Shown here: positions 1 to 10,199 of the stretch, piece after piece | Layout of the letters: each line of letters opens with the position of its first letter | How positions within the stretch are numbered: position 1 is the first letter of the stretch | Origin: Spongospora subterranea f. sp. subterranea | Lineage: Eukaryota | NCBI GenBank assembly: GCA_049724395.1 | Contig: JAUGWO010000056.1 | Location: 1-64,000 of the forward strand | Length of the DNA: 64,000 nucleotides | Direction of reading: 5' to 3' | The notes under the pieces: generated by a model | Database searches by the model: none | The model's input: the letters and a program-made list of their open reading frames with translations, nothing else | Told to the model about the DNA's origin: nothing | Made by a program: the position numbers and the translations under genes

Positions 1-363
1 GATCATCATATGAAGACGAAGTTGCTATATGGGTTCGATTTGCATAATTTCGACCGCGTCATCTCTGGCAAAGTCTTTGACAACTTATACTGCAATGAGG
101 CCGGATATTCCTTTTTATCGGATCCTAAAAACAACTTCCGCTTAGTGTCGGATCCATTTGTGCGATACCTTCTTAGCCATTGCAGGCGATACTTCATCGA
201 GGGTTGCTTTGGTGGTTCGATTGTCTGGAACTCAGAATCTGTGCAAAATTATCTTAAGGCTGCCCAAGAATTTCACGAGGACCTGCTAACCATTATTCAT
301 GTTTCCAGTGGTCAGCCCCTTCGGGCGGAGGAAGCCAAATCTTTGATGCTGAGCCGGACAGGT
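1..363 (+). pseudogene. 3'-truncated copy of a telomere-linked helicase (TLH)-like gene; runs off the window start
   Basis: Near-identical to 6171-6585. Encodes HEDLLTIIHVSSGQPLRAEE. Identity stops at ...GGACAGGT, where telomere-type repeats begin. Confidence 0.75.
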
Positions 364-386
364 TTTTAGGGTTTTAGGGTTTTAGG
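364..386 (+). repeat. Interstitial telomere-type repeat (TTTTAGGG)2TTTTAGG
   Basis: Read directly: ttttagggttttagggttttagg. TTTTAGGG is a known telomere unit (e.g. Plasmodiophora, Chlamydomonas). Confidence 0.85.
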
Positions 387-3300
387 AGCTTATGTTCTGT
401 ATTATGATTATCAACGCTAATTCCAGCGTTCAAATTGCATAAACTGAGCCATTAGCGGCCTATTCACGGATTTGGATGTTCTGCCACGTTAGCGACGTCC
501 GCAGACGTCTGCCAGTCACGAAACCGGGATCGTCGTGTAGCCACGACGATCACCTGTCTGGTGGTACCTTGTGCGGCGCCAGGGGATGTGTTCCCGGGGC
601 GCTGCGTGCATCGGCGTGTTCGTCATCGTCAGGGCGCGCGCCGCGACCGGCATCGTTAACGGCGCCACGGAGTCGATCGACCGTGGTAGGTACACTGGGT
701 TGCGGCGCATTGCCTGTGGTAGGGTCAGGTGGTAGGGCGTCGGTAGGGGGCTGCGGCGGCTGTGGACGGCACCAGGCCGGGATGGCGCCGGCGCGCGTTC
801 TGGAGGAGAAGAGCGGTTGGGCTTTCCTTCGTCTGGTTGGCTGTGGCGCGGTTGTGCTGGGTGGGCGGCGGCGGGCGGCGGGAGGTGGCGCGACTGGTGG
901 CTGTGGTGGCGCGGCCGCGGGTCGTGGCGGTGGTGGTGCCGGTCGGGCCTTCTTCGCCGGTGGATTGGGGGTCGTCGATTCGGGCGGGCGTCGGGGTCGC
1001 TTCCGGAGGAGGAGCGAGATCTGGTCAGCGGAGATGGTGACGGCGAGTCGGTCTACGTCGCGGCAGGCCAGGCGGATGTTGACATGCAAGGCGGTGAGCG
1101 CCGGCAGGTCGGTTATGCTGCGGAACGTGTTGGCCGGGGCCGTGGTGGTGGAGGCGTGAGGATCGGGCGGGCCGGCGAGGGGAACGGGCGGGTCGGGCGG
1201 TCCATGTTGGCGGTCCTGCGAGCAGCACATCGCTCTCATCTTGCAGATGGCCAGGGCCATGGCGTCGACCTTCCGCTGGAGTGCGATGTCGAGGGCTGGG
1301 GGCTGGACCTGGCGGGCTCGAGATCGCCAGGATCTGGGGCCGGGCAGGCTGCCGTCGTGAATGGGGATCGGGCAGCGGCTGTACGCGGTGTCGAGCGCGT
1401 CCTTGGAGATGATGGCTGGGACCATCTCGACGATCTGGCTGTCGAGCGCGTTGTCGGTGGTCGTCGACTGGCGCTGGGCCATGTCGAGGTCGAATTCGGG
1501 GCCGATGAGGTCGGAGACGCGGCTGCAACGGGCGATGTGATATCTGGAGACGGGGAACTGGCCGTTGCAGCCGCGGCAGGGGTATCGGGCGCCCGGAATG
1601 CGATTGCACATCCATCGGCAGAGCTCGACGACATGCGGGCCGGAAAGTTTGGGCGACCGGATGGGGACGGTTGTAGTCCTGGCGTTGGATTCGCATCAAC
1701 TTGCTCGCTCGGTGGTCGTGCCAGGAGGCGGTCCTGATGGCCGAGGTAACGGCGGCTGTCTGGAATCGCTGCTTCTGGGCCGGAGTCGGGCGCGCCGGCA
1801 GGTCGTTAAGCGGGTTGGCGGCGGCGTGGGCGTACTCGTGAGCGAACCGGCGGGCGATGGCTTGCGCCTGTCGATTGATGGGGCATCGTCTCCAGGATGT
1901 CGCCAACAGGCTGTCCCGAGTCGTGGCGGCGACCCGAAAGACGGTTGGCGCGAGGAGATGTCTTTCGGGGCCGAGCTGGCAGGCTCGCATCCGTGCTTCG
2001 AAGCTGAGTCGAAGTTGGGTCTGGCGGGTCCTCGCCGGCACCAGGCCGGCCAGTCGCATCATAAGATAGTTGCCGCGGTCGGAACCGAGACATCGTCCCA
2101 GGTACTTGGAGATAAGGCGGTCGACCGCCTCGAGCGCGGCTGGTCGGTGATCGGTGATGGCCATGCCGTACTCGACGCGGGAGCGGCCGAAAGCGGCAAA
2201 TAATCCTAGCCTTCGTTGCCAGTGAGATGGCCGGGGTCTGAAAGGTCTCCAGCTGCTGGATTCCAAACAGGGCTCCGTCAGCCTGGCGAGTGCGGTCGGC
2301 GAGTTGCGAGCCATGTGCGATCATGCCGTTGACCATCTTCACGCCGAGCAACGACGTGGTTCCGGATACCGGGAGGGGCTGATCGGCCAGTGAGAGGGTG
2401 GACCAGCTAGAGCGGAGCGGTAGCGAGACCGCCGACTTCCGGACGTTGTATGAATAAAAATGTCCTTCGGCATACTCTTGGGCGGCGTTCAGCATGGCCT
2501 GCATGACCTGCTGGTCCCAGTGGAATAGTGTCTGGTCGTCGGCGTACATGATGCATGGAATGACGACGCCGTTGAGGGATGGGCAGCCGCGGTTGCCACA
2601 TGCTTCCTGGAGCCGGGCGGGCAGATCGTCGACCAAGACATTGAACATGTCTGGGCTGAGAACGTCGCCCTGCGGGACGCCGACGGCGGCCTTGACGGGC
2701 GGCGACTCCTGTCCATCGAGGCGCACAACAATGGAACAGCAGTCGAGCAGCGCCGATTGCAAGACCCCGATCAGGTGGCGATCAGCGCCGCGTGTTGAGA
2801 GTTTCTGCCAGATCAGCGCGCGAGCAGCACGATCATATGCCTTGCTTATATCGAGCAGCACTGCCGTCAGAGGTTTGCCCAGGCGGCCGTACCGATGCGT
2901 GAGTTCATCGGCCACAAAGACAGCGTCGACGGCTCCGGTTCGCGGTTGGAAGCCGGTCTGGAGGATGTGATGCTGGATCAGGCCCCGGTTTCGCAGAATC
3001 TGTCGGACGCTCAGTTCGTAGACCTTCTTGAGATGGCATTGGAGCGCGACTCTCCAGTTGGCGGCAAGGCGCAGGTCTGTTCCTTTCTTGGGGATCGGCG
3101 TCATGAACATATCCGTTGCCAGACTGACCATGTCTGGTGGGAATACAAGGTACGGAACATGGCGTGAAAGAGCTTGGCAGCCGGCTCTGGGACGCATTTG
3201 AACAGATCTGCTGGCAGGTTGTCGGGACCGATGGCTTTACGCCACTGCAGCCGGTGGATCGTGGCGGTCAGCGTCTCCACTGAGAAGGCATCGTTTCGGT

Positions 3301-3650
3301 GGTTTCCTTTTCGTATTGGCGTCGAGGGTGCTGGCGGCTCTAATGCCGAGGAGAACCGAGCAGTCAATTTCTAATAGCAACAGCTGCTGGAAGGCTCCGA
3401 ATTCCTGGAGGCTGGGTCGTGCTGCAGTGATGATGGTTGCGATGGCCGCCGTCTCCAGTGCACCGTGACCTTCGAGATGATGAAGGAACGGGGAGGGAGT
3501 CGCAGGTCTTGCCAGCGAAGGTGGTGGTGCGTTTCGAGACCCCGGTTTGCAGTGGACGGTTGCCAGCAGGCGATATCAGTCAGGGCTTCGCGAATGCTGA
3601 AGCAGCACGTGGCGTAGATCGGTTGTACGATGTGGCGGAGTTGCTGTCCA
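387..3650 (-). mobile_element. GC-rich non-LTR retrotransposon (LINE), 5' part missing or garbled, frameshifted
   Basis: RT motifs KAIGPDNLPADLFK (3101-3367), QTGF, LDISKAYD, GVPQGDVLSP and YADD (1806-3197). C-terminal knuckle CRGCNGQFPVSRYHIARC and a Pro-rich tail ending PPDR* at 550. About 160-nt 3'UTR abuts the telomeric repeats. Confidence 0.9.
528..551 (-). other. Perfect 10-bp stem-loop at the start of the LINE 3'UTR
   Basis: GATCGTCGTG-tagc-CACGACGATC. A second small hairpin, GACGTC-cgca-GACGTC, lies at 494-509. Confidence 0.6.
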
Positions 3651-4335
3651 TGAATCGTCACTAATGCGGCCAGATCGGACGCGATTCAGTTCCTCCATGA
3701 CCGGTGATCGCAGACGGCATTTCTGCGTTTTCCGGTGAAAGCTTTCAGCGATGCTTTCAACTGAGAATCCTGGCACTTCGGTGTACATCGTCCTTGGCGT
3801 GATAATCAGGAGCTTGGCGTGTTCAGCCGGCTCATGGACGGACATGATCCTGTACCAACAGGACCCCAGGTCACCTATCTCCGGTCTCACTCTTTATGAT
3901 CATTCCGCCGTCCTGTGAGCTATATATATAATAGTCCGTGGCGGTAGGTCGCCATCAGTGCCCGGAATACCTAAAACGGGCTGCCGGACGACCCGAACAT
4001 ATCCATCCAGCACCATTTTGAATCGGTAGGTTATTCCCGAAAGCCTGCCCGAGACCAGGCTCAATAGAAAGATCTTGAAAAATGCGATCCAACTATACCA
4101 TCAGCCGCTCCCCAACTTCAAGAATTTAAACAAAAAAAACGATTCAAAGTTTCCTTTTTCAACCACCCTAATGCAAAGCTCCGAGATCAATTTCTAATAC
4201 AAAGCACTGGATTAATCCTGAAACTTCGATGCGCCGTAACCCATTGCGATGCCGCAGTGTTGAACACCGTAACCCATATAGTAACCCATAGTGATGCCGC
4301 AGTGTTGTACATGTTGGTGAGTTTCGAGACCAATC

Positions 4336-6747
4336 ATGTACCAGTGCGAGAAGTGCTCAAAGTGCTTCAGCAACCAGCGTGATCGAAAATATCATTGGCG
4401 GAAGGAGCACCAGGAATCTGTCACTATTAATTTGCCAGATCGGACGCGATTCATTGTTCACCGGTCAATCAGCAACGACATTTCTGGGTTTTCATGTCCT
4501 ATTCAATCTTGTGATGCTTTCCTTGAGAATCCTCAATCACTTCGAAAACATGTCCTTCAATGTTCCAGATTGGCCTCAGTAAATCATAGACCAACGCCTG
4601 ATCAGGACCAAGACCAACAGGACCCCACACCTATCTCCAGTCTCACTCTTTATGACATTTCTTTCATTGCTGAGCTGTCGATTTTGGTGTGCAGGAAATG
4701 CCAGTATGTCTTAAGTCCAATCTCCCGGTCCATTCGCCAACACATTCGAGACAAACATACTGGCACTACTCCCTCTTTGGCCTTTGTCAAACAAGCACTA
4801 TTGCTGATTGAAGCTGAAATATGTTCTGCCGATCATCCTTCACTGAAACAATACATGGAGCCGAGTTGCCAATTATTACCACCTGTACCTGGCGTGAAAA
4901 TCGTCTCGGGATATCAATGCCTTTCGTGCGCTTATTATTGCCCTCGTTCTGAAACCATGGGCAGGCATTTCCGTGAATCATCATGTTGACTGTCGGTTTC
5001 AATCAAATTCATATCGACCATGTCAACTGCAGTCTCTGTTTCCCAGTAAGTTCTCAATTCGCATCAAAGATGTATCTCATTGCTTGAACAGCTCATTCAA
5101 GAAAGTATTTCGGTGTGTTTCCCACTTTTTCACAAAATCTGCTACCATCGCCGTCAACAAATATTCCCATCGATGACGTGCAATTTAACCAAGCTCTTGA
5201 CCAGTTCATCACTACTCAGAATGGCGCGCAACCAATTCTTGATGAACGATGCCGACATCCCATGCTACAATCAACGAACTGGGACAAACTTGTCGAAGAT
5301 GAGTTCAGTTCAGTCAGCGCTGAAGAATTAATTGATTTAGCTAAAGGGGCCGATCCAAAAGACCAGTTCGAGATAGCAGTCCTTGACGCAGCCAATGAGT
5401 TTATCGATCAAGTGCACGTATACATTGCGAAGATCCCATTCATAACTCTGCGCATGATCCTCGGCGGCAACGTCAACGTAAATGTCGAGCCGCGTGGGTT
5501 TCATGGCTATCAGGAGCTTTCGACCCGTAGGCGCTGTGCAGCAAGACTAGCCCGTTTGATCCTGATGCTCTGTCGCATGACCGCGGATGATGCGAGTACG
5601 TATTTGAGCCTCATCATTGACGACCAGCAGCTTGACAGCGCGATTGACACCATTCGATCCAACGCTCTTGATCATGAGCCTAACCATATGCTTCCGATGA
5701 TTCAGCAACTGCTGAAGAGTGTATTTTGTCAAACATGTGATTTTCAGAGTGTTCCGCACCATTTCATGTTGTATAGATTCGTCATTTTTTCTAATATGCT
5801 CATCAACGATGAATCCGGCTATACTTTTCGGAGCCCACTGAAGATCTCATCCGGATTATCAGAAATTCAATTCTGGGGACGCTCAATGGTGGTTTTTGAA
5901 CTGTTCAGATCCGAATGGGCAGGAATTCAGGCTCCAAGTCAAGATGAGTTCATATCTTTGTGCCAGTTTGTCACCGATGGCTTCAATTCACCATTTAACT
6001 CAGTGCGAGAATTGTTGCGACTCCTCTCCGTAATCGTTGGAGCACAGCCAGAAATGCCCCAGTTTTATTGGGCAGACGATGATTGCAGGACGTTATCCTC
6101 AGCAGTTGATTGTTTTTCGATCTCGATTGATCACTTGTCCCTTATGGTGTCCCAGCTGTTTTTAGATGCTGATCATCATATGAAGACGAAGTTGCTATAT
6201 GGGTTCGATTTGCATAATTTCGACCGCGTCATCTCTGGCAAAGTCTTTGACAACTTATACTGCAATGAGGCCGGATATTCCTTTTTATCGGATCCTAAAA
6301 ACAACTTCCGCTTAGTGTCGGATCCATTTGTGCGATACCTTCTTAGCCATTGCAGGCGATACTTCATCGAGGGTTGCTTTGGTGGTTCGATTGTCTGGAA
6401 CTCAGAATCTGTGCAAAATTATCTTAAGCGGAAAAGGATCCTGCCCATTGCAGAAGTTTCACTTTGCCGAGGACCTGCTAACCATTATTAAAAACAGCTG
6501 TTTCCAAGTGCCCAAGAATTTCAGAGGACCTGCTTCGCCCCTTCGGGCGGAGGAAGCCAAATCTTTGATGCTGAGCCGGACAGGTAACTCAATAAACCGG
6601 TCAGTGTATTGGATAAATGGACAGGTCTGCCTGCTGCAACGATACCACAAGGGGAGCAGCAAGTCAGGGAAGGCAAAGTATATTGCGAGATTTGTCGCTC
6701 CACAGCACACCAGGCTTTGCCTGCTCTACTTGATTCTGTATAAATAA
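4336..6747 (+). CDS. Telomere-linked helicase (TLH/RecQ-associated)-like gene, N-terminal part only: C2H2 finger, DUF3505-like Zn domain, recombinase-like GQP-R region; helicase domain absent
   Basis: YQCEKCSKCF...H-x4-H finger; LVCRKCQYVL...HIRDKH; PPVPGVKIVSGYQCLSCAYYC...RHFRE. A 46-nt GT-AG intron at 5046-5091 gives QSLFPTHSRKYFGV. Then PLRAEE...NRSVYWINGQVCLLQRYHKG...KYIARF, as in fungal TLH proteins. Frameshifts near 4985 and 6430-6540; truncated at about 6745. Confidence 0.7.
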
Positions 6748-6850
6748 TCCGTGGAATTGTCACGTCCATCACATACATTAGGGGGTACGCAAGACTATAG
6801 CGTACAGTACCGGACATCTTAACACCACACTTTTGTATGGGTTGCATGAA

Positions 6851-8228
6851 TTGGGTGTTAGTCCGTGGGTGTTAGTCTGTGAGTGTTAACACCCAAAATC
6901 CAATCTATGCATATGGTGTTTTCAAATCACCAAATACGACTTATGTCAGGTTAAATCGTTTCATAAAACAACCAAGACGGTTTGGAGTGCTTTCGGTGGT
7001 CAAAGTATCACAATTGGTGTCTTCATTGTCTTCCATTCAAGATTGAAGGGTAAAACCTCCGTCGCGACCTCGTCGTTCCTGACGATATGAATTAAAATAT
7101 TTGGCGGAATTCCTTGTTACGACCTCAAAGATGTCGAGTAAACTCTATCGGATATCTTGTTAAAGTTCATAAAGCCAATCTGCCAAGATCACATTAAAAG
7201 AGAACAAAAAATCTGGAAATTTGCTGTGCTTTGTATTCAAAACTCTTGAAGAACACAGCTGTTTAAAAGGTCGTCTTTAAGCAGTACCTCCAGGAAATTT
7301 AGCGTAAGTTCTCTTTCATCAATGGCAGCTTGCAGGCATTGATGAAGAACATGGTAGGACTTAATGCTGCACCAACATCGTTCGGCATTTGTGACTTGCC
7401 TGCTGACCAGGCGGCTCTCCCCTCTTTCGATGTAATCGCTGCAACTCTTGCATTGGGGCTTTTTGCCTCTCATTGACACCGTATGCACCGATAACCCTAT
7501 TGGAGGCTTCTTCAGCGACGGTTTCTTCGTAAGACGCTCCATCGTTTTCTTCACAAGTTTCAGTATCTGATGGCTGCTGCTGCTGGTGGTGCCGTCAGTA
7601 CTGCCTGTGTCCATGCAATCTAGGTTGACCCTAAACAGATATCAACAATTTGCTGCAACAAGGTATGACAAATGACATAAGTATGGAACCTTTTGTAGAA
7701 ACTATGGGCAACTCTGTAACCAGAAGGAAATACGAACGTACCTGCTCCACAACGTTGGAACATGGTTCAGAAAAAGAAATTTCTCCTGGAACGTCCTCGA
7801 AATCAGCGCTGTAAGATCCGACTCCAGAGTCATCTCCTTGACCAGTCTTTTGAGCAACGCCAGCCATATTTGCGTGCAGATTGTTGCTAAACAGTGAGGT
7901 ATCATTTCGAAACGCAGCTGCCAGTTCTGCTAAGTACCTGTTGCCTTGCTAGCGAAAGAGCAAACCTGCACATATTTATACAGCTGTTCGCTGTCACCCA
8001 TTTCAGGTTCTGGGTTCCGGAATGGATTCCCGGAAACCTATAACCATGCGCAGTTTTCTTTGACTAACACCCAAATTCCACCCTTTGCATACGCAATTTT
8101 GTATTGACTAACACCCAAAATCCACCCATTGCATACGCAATTTTTACAGTGCTTACATTTGGTTTTTGGGTGTTAACACCCACCTGGGTGATAACACCCA
8201 CGGACTAACACCCAAATCCGACCACTCG
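6851..8228. mobile_element. Putative non-autonomous DNA element with inverted subterminal repeats
   Basis: ttgggtgttagtccgtgggtgtta (6851-6874) is the reverse complement of 8192-8215. Many TAACACCCA motifs at both ends, plus a ~44-bp tandem duplication at 8061-8143. Confidence 0.55.
7237..7950 (-). pseudogene. Gene fragment with a PARP-type zinc-finger-like motif
   Basis: CKSCSDYIERGESRL...YHVLHQC in ORF 7237-7614. A probable upstream exon ends at a GT donor near 7741. Confidence 0.4.
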
Positions 8229-8301
8229 TTAAATAGTGAGACGGCCAAAAAAGACACGTAACTCACTTCGACCAGACTCTAAGGACCCGAGAATGATGGC
8301 C

Positions 8302-8430
8302 AAGGGTGAGAGGGAATGGGAAGCGGGAGTGATAGACTCGAGGGTTTTGCGGCGAGGAACTTTCGAACGCGCACAGGCGTCACAAGATCGAACGAAAGAC
8401 TTGACCATCGAGCGCATGCCTGGTTACGTA
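8302..8430 (-). mobile_element. Ty3/gypsy integrase zinc-binding (H2C2) fragment
   Basis: PGMRSMVKSFVRSCDACARSKVPRRK. Confidence 0.75.
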
Positions 8431-8471
8431 AACTGCCTGGCAATCAGCATTGGGGTCACTCGCGGCTTACA

Positions 8472-8666
8472 TGTAAAGGCATGGGGGTTGCCTTATACCT
8501 TTCGTGGTCCGACTTCCCTGCCTCACTGGATTGTTTCGTCTTCTTCCTTCTCTCTCAACTATCTGTTATCTCGTTTCTACAAAAGTCTTAGGTATATAAA
8601 GACTCGAGAATGTGTAGTTACCTTTTGTCAGTTAGTAACTGTATATCTCGGGCGCAGTTCCTAACA
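8472..8666 (+). mobile_element. Probable solo LTR (TG...CA); related partial copy at 10363-10465
   Basis: Starts tgtaaaggc and ends gggcgcagttcctaaca. The 3' half (aaaagtcttaggtatataa...gggcgcagttcctaaca) recurs at 10363-10465. Confidence 0.5.
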
Positions 8667-8784
8667 CTACACACAACCAAGAGATTGGTGCAACACACTA
8701 GTTACACAACTGATTCTATACTATAAATCACTTCTTCTATTGAACCTTAATCGGTGTACCTGCTCATGACCCACCCGAGGGACG

Positions 8785-8928
8785 AACTTCTCCAAATCGA
8801 CTTACGAGGAGCGTAGCTAGTAAGAATCAAAGATGGGGATGAATACAAAACGGCATTTCGCACTGAATATGAACTACACGAATTCCTCGTCATGCCTTTT
8901 GAGCGGCCTAACGCACCAGCTGTCATCG
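8785..8928 (+). mobile_element. Ty3/gypsy RT fragment (element A, left part)
   Basis: [41 protein letters not shown]. Confidence 0.8.
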
Positions 8929-9500
8929 TTTAAATCGTAAGCGAAAGGCGCATATTCCGAATTTTTCCTTAGGTGATTATGTCTTGGTTGCCAATACGCT
9001 ACACAAGACCGGATCAAAACTTTCGGTACGGTGGACAGGACCCCACTGTATAACAGCTGTTATATCAGATCATATTTTTCGAGTCCAACACCTAGTTACC
9101 AAATCCATTTCTGATATTCATGCTATCAGACTCCGATTTTATTCAGACGCATCATTGAATATTACCGAAGAACTACCGGAGCAAGTAGCTCATGATGGGC
9201 AAGGTTTCGTGATCGACAAGTTAATCAACAGTAGACAAAGTGGAACCGGTATCTGGGAATTGTTAGTTTCATTGAAAGGTTTTGATCAACTGCATAACTC
9301 GTGGGAACCTCTTCTCCATTTATATAAAGAAGCGCCTGTTTTTCTTTCATCCGAGCTAAAAAAAGGGTATCTCGCCTCATCTGGTGATATGCTGTTCAGT
9401 CTTGAAGGAGCTGCAGTTCCTCGTTCTCGGAGGAAGGCAGTGTAGCGCCAGTCAGCGCTGTCACCGTGGCGCATGTTTATGGGGCTTTTTCCGGTGTAAT
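8923..9500 (+). mobile_element. 3' end of chromovirus-type gypsy element B: integrase C-terminus, chromodomain, PPT and truncated 3' LTR
   Basis: GDYVLV...KLSVRWTGPHCI...HAIRLRFY...LVSLKGFDQLHNSWEP. Purine tract ggaggaaggcag, then tgtagcgccagtcagcgctgtcacc (9441), matching the reverse complement of the LTR ending at 15515. Confidence 0.85.
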
Positions 9501-9793
9501 TTTTCTACCGCGCGCGGTTCAACCGCGCCCGAGATGCTTGGACACTCGCACAATAAGGTACACTAATGACTGTGACACAGTCAAATCATTGCAAAGCTAT
9601 ATCGCACAGTGCGTTCCATGGACCTTCAGTATACTGTGGTATCGGATCTCGGAAACTGGTTAACTATGATTTGCCGAGACGTCTTTTCGGAAGCGTCAAC
9701 ATCAAATGCCCTGTGATTTCTTCGGAACTCCATCGCAAACTACTCTATTTTATTTCATGTTCAAATGGAGGATCAGCATTTGTATCAAACTTG
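9501..9793 (-). repeat. About 290-bp dispersed repeat, inverted copy of 18020-18308
   Basis: Clear reverse-complement similarity, including the CGCGGTT-(g/c)-AACCGCG hairpin. Confidence 0.8.
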
Positions 9794-10199
9794 CTCGAGC
9801 ATGTATTATGTAAATGATATTCTTCAAATCACGCACGCTAATTAATGAATGAAACACTTGAATAACATAATGTATTTATAATTTTGTTCATCCTTCGTTT
9901 AAAAATAAAGTGACTTGCGTACTTTTTGATTTATTCAATGCACTCGCAGTGCGTTCGATTTTGACGCTTTGGAAAAAGACGTGTCGGGACGGAATTGAAA
10001 ACTTGAGCAAAGACAAGCTAGGAAAAGTGCAGGCTGGTAATAAATACTTGGGCAACGAAGGAAATGTGCCAGTTTGGTTCAGAGATCGACCACAACCAAA
10101 TGACCATCAAGTCCAGGGTCCCTTCGACAGAAGCCGGATGCATTGTCACGTCGCCCTGGTTTGCTGAGGATCCTGACCTCGATTTCAACAACCCGTATT

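Noticed and set aside
476..2970. Long plus-strand ORFs (476-1159, 817-1737, 1565-2203, 2494-2970)
   Set aside because: Antisense shadows of the GC-rich LINE with no recognisable motifs.
387..3650. Penelope-like (Athena) element or telomerase RT
   Set aside because: The motifs (KAIGPD, QTGF, DISKAYD, GVPQGDVLSP, YADD, CCHC knuckle) are of non-LTR type.
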